Shown here in pieces: positions 28,221 through 40,694 of a DNA stretch of 55,712 bases. Numbering within the stretch: position 1 is the first letter of the stretch; every line of letters starts with the position of its first letter. The notes under the pieces were generated by a model. That model saw only the letters and a program-made list of their open reading frames with translations, was not told the origin of the DNA and searched no databases. Both the position numbers and the translations under genes were made by a program. The stretch lies in NCBI GenBank assembly GCA_902590435.1, contig CACIWU010000003.1:1-55712 (forward strand). The letters run 5' to 3'. Origin of the DNA: an uncultured SAR324 cluster bacterium (lineage in GTDB: Bacteria > SAR324 > NAC60-12).

Positions 28221-29327
28221 TCAATTATTATAAATTCTAGGAATACGATCATTTAAGCTAGTTAAGATTTCATATGGAATTGTTTCAGCCCTATCTGAGA
28301 GTTCTTCAACTTTAATACATTGACCTTTTTGTTGACCAATCAAAACAACCTCATCCCCATTTTTACTTAGATCATTTTCACAGCTAACCATAAATTGATC
28401 CATACAAACCCTTCCAACTATAGATCTTCTCTTACCTCTAATCAATACCTCACCACAATTTGAAAGGTGTCGGCGATAACCATCTCCATAACCCAAAGGG
28501 ATAGTAGATATTTCTGTTTCTTTTTTAGCTGTCCACGTAGCTCCATAACTTACAGAAAAACCTGTTGGAATTGATTTTCGAAAAGAAACCTGAGATTTCA
28601 GTTTGAGAGCTGGCTTAACATCTAGAATACGTTGGCTTGTTGGATTTGGATAAACTCCGTACAAAATTATCCCTGGTCGAATCATATCTAAATGTGACTC
28701 AGGGAAGTAAAGAACTCCTCCTGAATTAGCAATATGTCGCAAGGGAGTTTCTGTGCCAACACTTTCAAATACAGAAATCGCTCCCAAAAAATCATTAACC
28801 TGTCTAATTGTCATAGGATTATCTGGATCATCTGCGCAAGCCAAATGAGAACAAACTCCTTTGATCTTAATATGTTTTTTTTTAACTGCTTCTTTAATAA
28901 AATTCTCAGAACGTGAGATAAATTCCCCAATTCTCCCCATTCCAGTATCAATCTTTAGATGAACTGTGGCTTTTTTAGATATTTCTTTACAAATTTTTTC
29001 AGTAATTTTCAAAACATCAATTGACGAAACAAAGAATTCCAATTCCCAATTCAAATATTCAAAAATCTGTTCTCTCATTACTCCTCCAAATACTACAATA
29101 GGCAAATTTATTCCTTTTTTCCTCAAAAAAATTCCCTCTTCAAGTAAAGCTACACCTAAAGAATGGACTTTTAGTTTTTCAAAAAACTTTGCTATCTCAA
29201 AAATGCCATGACCATAAGCATTAGACTTCACGACTGCCATAACAGGTCTATTTTTTGTATGTTTTCGTATCAATGACAGATTATGTTCCAAATAGTTTAA
29301 ATTAACTTCAATAAAAGAAGATCTCAT
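28221..29327 (-). CDS. alr: Alanine racemase
   Basis: AVVKSNAYGHG (PLP Lys), HLKIDTGMGRIG, HIANSGG, RPGIILYG, GYGDGY and VGRVCMDQ motifs. Confidence 0.98.
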   Translation of the reverse strand: MRSSFIEVNLNYLEHNLSLIRKHTKNRPVMAVVKSNAYGHGIFEIAKFFEKLKVHSLGVALLEEGIFLRKKGINLPIVVFGGVMREQIFEYLNWELEFFVSSIDVLKITEKICKEISKKATVHLKIDTGMGRIGEFISRSENFIKEAVKKKHIKIKGVCSHLACADDPDNPMTIRQVNDFLGAISVFESVGTETPLRHIANSGGVLYFPESHLDMIRPGIILYGVYPNPTSQRILDVKPALKLKSQVSFRKSIPTGFSVSYGATWTAKKETEISTIPLGYGDGYRRHLSNCGEVLIRGKRRSIVGRVCMDQFMVSCENDLSKNGDEVVLIGQQKGQCIKVEELSDRAETIPYEILTSLNDRIPRIYNN

Positions 29328-29385
29328 ATAAAATTTTGCATGAAATTATTTGACAAAAATTTAGATAAAAAAATATTTATCCAAA

Positions 29386-30123
29386 CTATTCATTTTTTTG
29401 AGAACTATAAAAAACAAAAAGAGCACTACAAAAGAGCTCAAAATTTTCTAACTCAAAATCACTACAAATCTTTTCGAGAGTGCTTATTAAATCATCGATT
29501 GTAGTAATTTGCCTAAACGCTTCGTAAAATCTTATCCGAATTTGATGCTTTACAAATAAAGGTACCATCTCATTAATTATAATAGCAAATTCGTGACGGT
29601 TATCCTTTATTCTTTTCAAAAAGTGATTACAAAAACTTTGGATGTATGTTTGGAGTTTAATTTTATCTTCCTTTAACTTTTCTTTCGAAAGATATTCTTG
29701 TGAAGCTTCGTTAATTTTCAAATTTCTAATAAAGTTTTTTTGGTTTTTTTCTTCTGAAAATGTTTTTTTTGAAAGAGAAACCTTCCTTTTACGATGTGCT
29801 GAAATATTAAGTGGGTATTCAATAGTATAGGTAGAAGATTTTTCAAATTGTTGAAAAAGATTTTGAGTATTTATTGGATCCAATTTTATTCGATCTGTAT
29901 CAGCAGCAAGGATTCCAACCATAAATGGATTTTTTTGATTACTATAGACCCCGTATGTATCTTTCCCAAATTCATATGGTAAAGATTTTTTACCTTTTGT
30001 GTTTTTATTAACCTGCTTAAGCAAAAGAGGTTGTAATAGGATAGAATGATTTGATTCATCCGAATTTACATTTTTTTGTTTGATAGAAAGATTTTTTTTT
30101 GATTTTTCTATTTCTTTCTTCAT
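29386..30123 (-). CDS. Hypothetical protein (245 aa)
   Basis: Long ORF filling the gap between alr and the slt-like gene. No recognised motif. Confidence 0.6.
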   Translation of the reverse strand: MKKEIEKSKKNLSIKQKNVNSDESNHSILLQPLLLKQVNKNTKGKKSLPYEFGKDTYGVYSNQKNPFMVGILAADTDRIKLDPINTQNLFQQFEKSSTYTIEYPLNISAHRKRKVSLSKKTFSEEKNQKNFIRNLKINEASQEYLSKEKLKEDKIKLQTYIQSFCNHFLKRIKDNRHEFAIIINEMVPLFVKHQIRIRFYEAFRQITTIDDLISTLEKICSDFELENFELFCSALFVFYSSQKNE

Positions 30124-30257
30124 TTTTGAAAGAATAAATAAATTTCAACTTGCCAGGCAAGATATTTGCTCATCATTATAACTATATTAAATATATAGTT
30201 TTAAAACCTTTTGTGCTAAGCAATTACAAGCACCAACTATACCAACTAAGATGAATA

Positions 30258-32468
30258 ATGATTGAGATAATAAAAAGACTAGAATTTTTAAAAAAATTTA
30301 AATATATAAAATTCTATTGTTTATATTTAAATATTTTTGTATTAATCATTTTTGTATTCACAATTTTGTTTAATTCGGCTTCGATTTTTGCCAAAACAAG
30401 ATCATCATTGGAACCCTTTTTAATTTTGTTTAAAAAAAATGATTGTCATTCTCTAATTCTCAAACTTAAACCTTTCAATAAAAAAGAATCTTGGGTTAAT
30501 AGAGATTTATGGATACGATCACAAATTTTAAATGCAAAATGTGAAATCGAAATGGGTAATAATGATCGAGCTGTGAATATTCTAGATAGGATCAAAGAAA
30601 AAGAATTTTTTGACGCTTTGATTTTTCAAAAAATCAGAGCATTACTAAAATCTAAAAAACATTTGGAGGCTGTAAATAATATTCGAAAATTACTTGCACA
30701 CCCTAAAAAGAATTTTTACTTACGATTTCTCAGAGAAGAAATAAAGAGTGAATTTGTCACTGATAAGGAAGCAATGGTTATTTTTCCACTACTACATGAA
30801 ACAAATTCTAACCACAATTGGTTCCTAAAAGATTTCCAAATAAATTCATTATATCTTCGAGGAGCAAGACTAAATGGTGAAAAATTAGACTCTAAATTTC
30901 AACTTTTGGGTTGGCAATATCCAATTGATGAAGAAACTGCTAGGTCCTCACAAAAAAAATTAAGCAGCAAAGATATTAAAATAATTCCTTCCAAAAATAT
31001 CTTGAGACGTATTCAAACTTTGTCAAATCTTAAGCTGAACAAATATCTTATAGAACATATACCTCAACTTAGAATATCTAAAGACAAAGAATTACTTAAA
31101 AGTTTAGGTGAAATTTTTTTAAAATCTCTATTTAGAGAATCATTTTATACTCGCATAATAAATCTTCATAAAAATGGAATACTAACAAAAACATGGGCAG
31201 TTCCTAAAGAATCTCAGCTCTATTGGACTGCAAGAGCATATATCAAAAGGAAAGATATACCAAATGGAAGAAGTACAATTTATAAACTTGAAAGACATAA
31301 TTCAAAGTCTAGACGTCTACCAGCTTTATTTGATACTTTAGCCACACGGTATATGATAGATTTAGAAACAGATAAAGCTCAGTTTTGGTGGGAAAGACTT
31401 ATAAAGAATTTCCCAAAACACTACTTAGCTAAAAAATCAATATGGTTAATGTCATGGACAAACATTCAGGCAAATAAATTCGATAAAGCTCTTATTTACC
31501 TAAATAAAGGGCTAAATTCAAAAATTTATAATTCCGAAGTGAAGGCTAAATTTCTATATTGGCATGGCAAATTATATGAAAAATTAGGTAAGAATGAGCT
31601 TGCTAAAAAAAGCTATAAAAAACTACTTTTAAATCAACCAAACACTTACTACGGGATGCGGTTGATTTCGTCAGAGAATAATCTAAAGAGTGTTTTTGAT
31701 ACAAAGATATCTCATCAAAAAGCTCCCTTTTATGAATCAAAAGATTCCTTGAACAAGAAATATAAATCATTATTAAGAAGGAGTGAATTTTTATTTGATA
31801 TTTTTGAATCAGAACTTGCGATAGATGAAATTTTTAAAGAATTGGGGAATTATAAAAATGGTAATCTTAACTGGCATTTTTCTCATCAACTTCATGAAAG
31901 AGGGGCCCATAAAAAAGTACTTAAAATTATTGCCAACTATTTTCTACCTTATATGATTAAACTTAGGGAAAAAGAGTCCTCAATATGGGAATTAGCTTAC
32001 CCTAGGCCTTACTGGCAACAGTTAAAAAATTACTCAAATCAGGCAGGAATCGATCCTTATTTTGCACTTGCCATTATGCGAGAAGAAAGTCACTTTGATC
32101 CAAAAGCTTTGTCATCAAGCAAAGCAATGGGTTTAATGCAGCTTATGCTAGCTACGGCAAAAGATGTTGCTAAAAGGAACAAAATCAGACTAGATAAAAA
32201 AGAAGACATTTTTACTCCAAAAATTAATATAAAACTGGGAACTTTTTATCTAGGGAGACTTGCTAAAAAATTCCAATCAGAGCTTATTTATACAGCCGGA
32301 GGTTATAATGCAGGACCGCACAACATGAAAAAATGGATTAATCGATGGAATGGAATTACACTAGACAAATTTGTTGAGGAAATACCATTCAATGAAACAA
32401 GGAATTATGTTAAAAGGGTATATCGTTCATACAAAATTTATAATCAAATCTATAGATTACAAAAATAA
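30258..32468 (+). CDS. Soluble lytic murein transglycosylase (Slt-type) with TPR-like helical repeats
   Basis: AIMREES, AMGLMQLM, GYNAGP and IPFNETRNYVKRV motifs. N-terminal membrane/signal segment. Confidence 0.92.
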   Translation: MIEIIKRLEFLKKFKYIKFYCLYLNIFVLIIFVFTILFNSASIFAKTRSSLEPFLILFKKNDCHSLILKLKPFNKKESWVNRDLWIRSQILNAKCEIEMGNNDRAVNILDRIKEKEFFDALIFQKIRALLKSKKHLEAVNNIRKLLAHPKKNFYLRFLREEIKSEFVTDKEAMVIFPLLHETNSNHNWFLKDFQINSLYLRGARLNGEKLDSKFQLLGWQYPIDEETARSSQKKLSSKDIKIIPSKNILRRIQTLSNLKLNKYLIEHIPQLRISKDKELLKSLGEIFLKSLFRESFYTRIINLHKNGILTKTWAVPKESQLYWTARAYIKRKDIPNGRSTIYKLERHNSKSRRLPALFDTLATRYMIDLETDKAQFWWERLIKNFPKHYLAKKSIWLMSWTNIQANKFDKALIYLNKGLNSKIYNSEVKAKFLYWHGKLYEKLGKNELAKKSYKKLLLNQPNTYYGMRLISSENNLKSVFDTKISHQKAPFYESKDSLNKKYKSLLRRSEFLFDIFESELAIDEIFKELGNYKNGNLNWHFSHQLHERGAHKKVLKIIANYFLPYMIKLREKESSIWELAYPRPYWQQLKNYSNQAGIDPYFALAIMREESHFDPKALSSSKAMGLMQLMLATAKDVAKRNKIRLDKKEDIFTPKINIKLGTFYLGRLAKKFQSELIYTAGGYNAGPHNMKKWINRWNGITLDKFVEEIPFNETRNYVKRVYRSYKIYNQIYRLQK

Positions 32469-32598
32469 TAATAAGAATAATCAATTAAATCATACAAAAA
32501 AAATGCTAAAAAATTTTGAGGTAAACTAATACTTTATCATTTTTTGTTGAAAAAATATTAAATTTTTTATCAAATAATAAAAAGATTATATGGCGTTT

Positions 32599-33372
32599 TT
32601 AGTATAACTTTTTTAGATTGTTATACATCTTTAGAAATTCTATTTTATGTCGTTTTTCTAAAATCTTTGAAATTTGATGAAATTTTATTTCTTCATTAAT
32701 TTTCGATATTTGTCTTCCAAACAGGATCTCATTACCTTTTTTGTTTACATGAGAATTATGGACACAGGCAAAATTTTTTCTCCACACTTCGCATTGCTCT
32801 TTAAAATCACCAGTTAATGTCCACAAATTTCCCACAACCAACCCCGATTTTTTGAGGCAATCACATAAACTTTTTAAAAAAACAGTTCCCTTAACTTCTT
32901 CTGGAGCACCAAAATCATTAAAGGCATCTAAAAATATCAAATCGAATTTTTCTGAGATTACTTGAACAAGCTTTGTTGCATCTCCGTGTAAAATTTTTAT
33001 ACGATTGTTCCTCGGAAATTTAAAAAATCTATACGCCGCTTCAATAACATCTTCGTTCATTTCAATAATTGATTGTTTAATATTTGGAAATTCATAATGG
33101 ATCCAACGTGCGATACTACCACCTCCAAGACCAATATGTAGAATGGATTTTGGTTCAGGACAAAATATTAGACTCAATAACATATACCTGGTATAAGGTA
33201 AAACCAAATATTTAGGTTGAGTTATGGAATAAACACTTTGTAAAACTTTGTTACCAAATCGTAATTCTCGACGGTCACCTTTCTCCCAAACTTGGACGGT
33301 TAACTCTGAATCTTTGGATTCCCATAACAAGTGCTCTTTATTCTTTCCTTTAAAGATTTTTAATAAATTCAA
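32599..33372 (-). CDS. Spermidine synthase-like class I SAM-dependent transferase
   Basis: RELRFG..LQS, LVLPYTRYM, LHIGLGGGS, IEMNEDVI, HGDA and DLIFLDAF motifs. Confidence 0.82.
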   Translation of the reverse strand: MNLLKIFKGKNKEHLLWESKDSELTVQVWEKGDRRELRFGNKVLQSVYSITQPKYLVLPYTRYMLLSLIFCPEPKSILHIGLGGGSIARWIHYEFPNIKQSIIEMNEDVIEAAYRFFKFPRNNRIKILHGDATKLVQVISEKFDLIFLDAFNDFGAPEEVKGTVFLKSLCDCLKKSGLVVGNLWTLTGDFKEQCEVWRKNFACVHNSHVNKKGNEILFGRQISKINEEIKFHQISKILEKRHKIEFLKMYNNLKKLY

Positions 33373-33450
33373 TATGTCAAATAATTTGATGTGAAAAAGG
33401 AGTTAATTTAGTTAAATTAATTTTCTAAGCTTCGAAAATTTTTTATATTT

Positions 33451-34074
33451 TTAACTCAATAAATTGTCATCTAAATGAGGTACTAAACCCATCTGCGAAA
33501 CCATCCATTTTTCTTCCCAATACAAACTATATATTCCCGTATTTCTAATCTTAAAATGAGTAGGGGCATCTAGAGATATTCGTAGAATGTGCTTCAATAA
33601 AACTCTTATTACCCCACCATGAGTAACTAAAACCCCTCTTTCATTTTGATGATTGAGCCTAATTTCTTCTATAAATTCATAAGCTCTTTCAAGAAGCTGC
33701 TTGGTGCTTTCACCATTTTTTATAACATATTCTGAACCAGCAGTTTTGAATAGACGGAAAACCTCTGGATGTAATTTAATTGCTTCATCTGATGTCAATC
33801 CTTCAAAAACTCCAAGATTTTTTTCTCTAAGTCTTTTATCAACCTTTAAATCAACTCCAGAAAATTGTGTTATAGCTTCTGCTGTCAACCTTGCCCTTGG
33901 CGAATCACTACAGTAAATATAATCAAATGTAATATTCTTCATCCAATTCCCAAGAGAACTAATTTGAGATTGTCCTAATTTAGAAAGATTACTATTTAAA
34001 TGTCCTTGCATTCGTAGTTGTTTGTTCCACTCCGTCTCTCCGTGTCGAATCAATATTAACTCAGTTTTTTGCAT
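33451..34074 (-). CDS. Histidine phosphatase (phosphoglycerate mutase) family protein
   Basis: RHGETEWN, SDSPRARLTA, LREKNLG, GES and LVTHGG motifs. Confidence 0.92.
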   Translation of the reverse strand: MQKTELILIRHGETEWNKQLRMQGHLNSNLSKLGQSQISSLGNWMKNITFDYIYCSDSPRARLTAEAITQFSGVDLKVDKRLREKNLGVFEGLTSDEAIKLHPEVFRLFKTAGSEYVIKNGESTKQLLERAYEFIEEIRLNHQNERGVLVTHGGVIRVLLKHILRISLDAPTHFKIRNTGIYSLYWEEKWMVSQMGLVPHLDDNLLS

Positions 34075-34141
34075 AATTTTCTTTATTTAAAATTTTAAAA
34101 AAATATTTTTTTAAATAAGTTGAATGTATATATCGTTTTTA

Positions 34142-35008
34142 TTAGGATCTTTCATATAAAGCTAGTAGTTTCCTTATTTCTGCTAATAATGATTGCTTTA
34201 ATTCTTCTCTTTGTAATCCTATCTCCAAAATAGAAATTAAGTATCCTAAAGGATCACCCAAATCATAGCGTTTCCCTTCAAATTTTAATGCAGATACTTT
34301 GCCTTTTTTCGCCAAAATATTTATAGCCTCTGTTTGAGTAAGCTCACTTTTTGAGAGATGATTTTTATCGCTGATTCTAAGAGCATCAAAAATTTCAGGT
34401 GTATAAAGATAACGACCGAATGAAACAAACTTACTAGGAGCTTTCCCTTCATTTGGTTTTTCAACCATTTTCTTTACCTTGACTATATTGCCTGAACCTT
34501 CTGGTTCAATGACGCCATAGCGTGACAATTGATCTTCATCTAATTCTTGTACACACAAAACATTATCCCCTGTTTTATCCCATGCTTCAATTAACTGCCT
34601 AGAAAGGGGGTTTTTACCTAAAACAATATCGTCAGGATAAGCAACTACAAATGGTTCATTATCTACAAATGTTTCTACTAGCATAAGGGCATTACCCGTA
34701 CCCATCATAAACTGTTGTCGTAAAATAAAAATATTAGCCTTGCTTGGCTTTATTACCTCTAGTTTTTCAATTTCATTTGATTGAGAAAAAGCTGAAGAAA
34801 GTTCTACCTCCCTATCAAAATAATCTTCCATAACTTTCTTTCTTCTTGAAGAAACAAGTAATATATCAGAAATTCCTGAATCAACCATTTCCTGCACTAT
34901 AAAATCAATGGCAGGTCTGTCAACCAATGGGAACATTTCTTTAGGAATCGTTTTTGATGCTGGTAAAAAACGAGTAGCATACCCAGCTGCCAAAATTACA
35001 CCTTTCAT
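34142..35008 (-). CDS. galU: UTP--glucose-1-phosphate uridylyltransferase
   Basis: ILAAGYATRFLPASKTIPKEM, MGTGNAL, MVEKP and RYDLG motifs. Confidence 0.9.
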   Translation of the reverse strand: MKGVILAAGYATRFLPASKTIPKEMFPLVDRPAIDFIVQEMVDSGISDILLVSSRRKKVMEDYFDREVELSSAFSQSNEIEKLEVIKPSKANIFILRQQFMMGTGNALMLVETFVDNEPFVVAYPDDIVLGKNPLSRQLIEAWDKTGDNVLCVQELDEDQLSRYGVIEPEGSGNIVKVKKMVEKPNEGKAPSKFVSFGRYLYTPEIFDALRISDKNHLSKSELTQTEAINILAKKGKVSALKFEGKRYDLGDPLGYLISILEIGLQREELKQSLLAEIRKLLALYERS

Positions 35009-35067
35009 TAATATCTCCTTTATAAAAATAATTTGTTTTATTATTTTTATTTTTTAAATTTGTGTAT

Positions 35068-37083
<2,016 letters not shown>

Positions 37084-37209
37084 TTAAAATTAAAAATAAA
37101 TATTTTTAAAATATTTGTTCATTTTAGAATAGCAACTTGAGATGTATACTACACTATATAAACTCACTAATGAAACTTCCATTTATTTTTAAGAATCTTA
37201 GTTAATCAA

Positions 37210-39411
37210 ATGAATTTATTTGAACACTCACACAAAGAAACAATCAAAAAAGAAGCTCCATTAGCAGACCGCATGCGTCCAAGGTATCTTGAAGAATTTG
37301 TTGGTCAGAGTCATATTTTGGCGCCAGGACGTCTTTTGTGGCGCTCTATTCAGGCAGATAAATTAACTAGTATAATTTTTTACGGTCCTCCTGGAACTGG
37401 AAAAACTACCCTAGCAAAAATCATCGCAAATACAACTCAGGCAGAATTTCTTTCGATCAATGCTGTTTTGTCTGGAATTTCAGATATTCGTAGCTGTATC
37501 GAAGTCGCAAAAAAAGTTCGCATTGAACAACAACTAAGAGCTGTTTTATTTATTGACGAAGTACATCGTTTTAACAAATCACAGCAAGATGCTCTTCTTC
37601 CACATGTTGAAAAAGGTACAATTATTTTAATCGGAGCTACTACTGAAAACCCTTATTTTGAAGTTAACAAAGCACTGGTCAGTCGATCAAGAATTTTTCA
37701 GCTAAAATCACTAGAATCAAACGATATAGAAAATATTATTAATTTGGCACTTTCAGATAAAGAACGTGGCTTTGGAGATAAAAAAATTATAATAGATTCT
37801 AGAGCTACAAAACACCTTGCGAATGTTGCAGGAGGTGACGCCAGAGCAGCCTTAAACGCTCTTGAATTGGCAGTCTTATCAAGTGTGCCTGAAACTGATG
37901 GAGAATTAAAAATTACATTGGAAATTGCTGAAGAATCTATTCAGCAACGGGCAATTCTTTATGATAAAGATGGAGACTCCCATTTTGATACAATTTCTGC
38001 TTTTATCAAATCTATGCGTGGTTCTGACCCAGATGCTGCTCTTTTCTGGATGGCAAAAATGATAGAAGCGGGAGAAGAACCACGGTTTATTTTCAGAAGA
38101 ATGTTGATATTTGCTGCAGAAGATATTGGAATGGCAGATCCTCAGGCCTTAGTAATAGTAAATGCTGCTTCACAAGCTTTTGATTATGTAGGTATGCCTG
38201 AAGGACGATTCCATCTTGCACAAGCATGCTTATATTTAAGCACAGCTCCAAAAAGTAATTCGGCATTTGCTTTTTTTGACGCTATTACCACAGTACGCAA
38301 AGAAGAATCAAATGAAGTTCCAAATACTCTTAAAGATCCTAGTCGTGATATCAAAGGTTTAGGCCATGGAGAAGGATATCTCTACCCACATGCTTACCAA
38401 GGCCATTGGGTCACACAACAATATCTTCCGAAAAATTTGCAAGGCAAATTATTTTATCAACCCTCTGAACAAGGTTTTGAAGCATCTATAAAAGATAATG
38501 TAGCTCAGCATCGTGAAGCACAATTTGCTGCTTCCTTTTCACAAAATTCACATAAATTTTTGGAAGATTCTAACTATTGGGAAGCTAGAACTCTCAATAG
38601 TTCAGGAGAATTACTTGGGGAATTGCGTAATCACTTGACGGAATGGTCAAATCTTACAAAAAATAGCCTAGTGCTTATACTAAATGCAGGAGATGGGTTA
38701 ATTCTTGGTGAATTCTTAAGACGTATTTCAGATGAAACAATTTATGCCATAGTTGAGTCTTTAGAAGAGAAAAATTTAATTAAAAGTATATTTGAAAAAC
38801 CTGCATATGGAATTATACCAAATGTTGTTGTAGACAAAAATACAAATCCAGAATCTTTTAAAATTGAAAATTTATGTTTTGAAAACATTGTAGGTCGTAA
38901 TGTTTTAATGAAAGAATCAAAAAAAACTATATTTCTAGATAAACTTAAAAAATGGATTTGTGAAAAGAGTTATTTGATTTTTGGAGAATCAGTACCTTCA
39001 CTAGGGCAACGCCTTTCAGATTTAATACCTGATAATTTTCTTGACTTTGGATTTAGAAAATCACTTATATCAGCCGAAGAAGAAATTTATAATAATTCAG
39101 ATAATTTTCAAAGTAACTGGAGTCCATCAAAATTGAAGAAAGAACTCGAGTTAAACAATTGGAATATTCACCGATGGGAAATTAAAGAATTCATAACTCC
39201 TACATTGATTAGAAAAAAACAAATTATAAATTGGTTCTCTTTAGAAAATCGAAGCTCTCAAAAAACCTATGGTCAAGAACTATCGAAATATTTTTCTAAA
39301 AAGGAGTTAGAAAAATTGTGCAATACTTTCAATGATTCTATTGGAGAAAAAGTAGTTACTTGGGAAAGTACTACCTTGTTCATGAAAATTTCTTTGAAAG
39401 ATAAAGCTTAA
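37210..39411 (+). CDS. rarA: Replication-associated recombination AAA+ ATPase with a ~290-aa C-terminal extension
   Basis: PLADRMRP, GPPGTGKTT, FIDEVHRFNKSQQDALLP, GATTENP, SAFIKSMRGSDPDAA and YLYPH motifs. Confidence 0.95.
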   Translation: MNLFEHSHKETIKKEAPLADRMRPRYLEEFVGQSHILAPGRLLWRSIQADKLTSIIFYGPPGTGKTTLAKIIANTTQAEFLSINAVLSGISDIRSCIEVAKKVRIEQQLRAVLFIDEVHRFNKSQQDALLPHVEKGTIILIGATTENPYFEVNKALVSRSRIFQLKSLESNDIENIINLALSDKERGFGDKKIIIDSRATKHLANVAGGDARAALNALELAVLSSVPETDGELKITLEIAEESIQQRAILYDKDGDSHFDTISAFIKSMRGSDPDAALFWMAKMIEAGEEPRFIFRRMLIFAAEDIGMADPQALVIVNAASQAFDYVGMPEGRFHLAQACLYLSTAPKSNSAFAFFDAITTVRKEESNEVPNTLKDPSRDIKGLGHGEGYLYPHAYQGHWVTQQYLPKNLQGKLFYQPSEQGFEASIKDNVAQHREAQFAASFSQNSHKFLEDSNYWEARTLNSSGELLGELRNHLTEWSNLTKNSLVLILNAGDGLILGEFLRRISDETIYAIVESLEEKNLIKSIFEKPAYGIIPNVVVDKNTNPESFKIENLCFENIVGRNVLMKESKKTIFLDKLKKWICEKSYLIFGESVPSLGQRLSDLIPDNFLDFGFRKSLISAEEEIYNNSDNFQSNWSPSKLKKELELNNWNIHRWEIKEFITPTLIRKKQIINWFSLENRSSQKTYGQELSKYFSKKELEKLCNTFNDSIGEKVVTWESTTLFMKISLKDKA

Positions 39412-39426
39412 TGAAAAAATATTAGT

Positions 39427-39633
39427 ATGGGTATAAATTATATTTTTCCGATTATAATTTTCCTGCAAAGCTTAATAAGCTGCAGCTCAGAATCAAGATA
39501 CATCTTCTTTAAATCTAAATTTAGAGACCAATTGCAGGAAAGAGCGATTAAAAAATGCCATGGTGATTTCATAGTTTTGGAGGAAAAAAAATTTGGTCCA
39601 TATACTAGAGTTAGTTTAGATTGTCCTGAATAA
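39427..39633 (+). CDS. Putative small lipoprotein (68 aa) with two additional Cys
   Basis: Hydrophobic stretch followed by lipobox LISC. Lies directly downstream of rarA and aligns by eye with 27802-27990. Confidence 0.6.
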   Translation: MGINYIFPIIIFLQSLISCSSESRYIFFKSKFRDQLQERAIKKCHGDFIVLEEKKFGPYTRVSLDCPE

Positions 39634-39670
39634 ATAAATCAATACTAATATATGGTTTAAGGATTTTTCA

Positions 39671-40675
39671 TTAACAAAAAGAATTGATACTCTCAATTAG
39701 TAGTTCCTCTACTTCTACTCCTTTTAAATCAATTATCTTACGATTATTTAATCTTCTTTCACCAGGTAATCGTGCACCATTTTGACTTTGAATTGCTTCT
39801 ACTAGATTATCAATACTTGTAAAGAATTCTCCTCCTGAAAATGCATATGGGTCTATGGCTATGAAACACTGCCCTGTTTTTGGAGGACCACCTAATTCGC
39901 CTGAAAATGGACTTGCTTCAATACCAAGCATAGCTCCACTTAGTGCTGCCGCCATAACTTCAACAAACAGTCCCATAGCAAATCCTTTATAACCTCCACT
40001 AGGAACCATACTACCCTTCAATGCTATATCAGGATCAGTAGTTGTTTGCCCTTCTTCATCGAGTGCCCACCCTTCTGGGATATTTGTTTTTTCTCTTGCA
40101 CGCATCAATATCTCACTCTTTGCTACTACACTAGCACTCTGGTCTATAACGAATTTAATTCCACCCGTTTTTTCGGGTATAGCAATTGCGAATGGATTTG
40201 TTCCAATCACAGCTTTTTTCCCTCCGAATGGTGCAATTGAAGCAGGAGAATTTGTAAATCCTATACCTAAAAGTCCTAATTCAGCAAGACGTTCAACATG
40301 AAAACCCAATACTCCACAATTATAAGAATTTTTGATAGTAATTCCTACGCACCCATTCAATTCTACAGAAGAAAGCATTTCCTTAAATCCTATATCAATA
40401 GCCGGATGAGCAAATCCCGTTTTTGCATCTACCTGAATAGATGACAATCGGCTTTTTATTACTTCAGGCATAGCATTTCCGTCAACTTTTCCACATAACA
40501 CGTGTTGGCAATATGTAGGGACATACAATAACCCATGACTTCTTATTCCATCTCTTTCAGCTGCTCTAACTGCCTTCCCCATAGATTGAGCCGATTCTAA
40601 AAGTGTTCCAGAACCAAGTAAAGCTTTCACTACTAATTCCTCTACTTCATCAAGACTTAATATCCGTGTACTCAT
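39671..40675 (-). CDS. comC: Ldh_2-family oxidoreductase, (2R)-3-sulfolactate dehydrogenase-like
   Basis: SHGL, DAKTGFAHPAI, SYNCGVLG, FTNSPASIAP, GTNPF, DQSASVVAKSE and GGYKGF motifs match my recollection of roseobacter ComC. The start is placed at ATG 40675 (GGAGA RBS). Substrate not verified. Confidence 0.78.
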   Translation of the reverse strand: MSTRILSLDEVEELVVKALLGSGTLLESAQSMGKAVRAAERDGIRSHGLLYVPTYCQHVLCGKVDGNAMPEVIKSRLSSIQVDAKTGFAHPAIDIGFKEMLSSVELNGCVGITIKNSYNCGVLGFHVERLAELGLLGIGFTNSPASIAPFGGKKAVIGTNPFAIAIPEKTGGIKFVIDQSASVVAKSEILMRAREKTNIPEGWALDEEGQTTTDPDIALKGSMVPSGGYKGFAMGLFVEVMAAALSGAMLGIEASPFSGELGGPPKTGQCFIAIDPYAFSGGEFFTSIDNLVEAIQSQNGARLPGERRLNNRKIIDLKGVEVEELLIESINSFC

Positions 40676-40694
40676 AGATTCTCCAAAATATAAA

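Noticed and set aside
38023-38030. TCTGACCC, a partial match to the motif upstream of the transposase
   Set aside because: It lies within the conserved RGSDPDAA codons of rarA and is explained by protein constraint.
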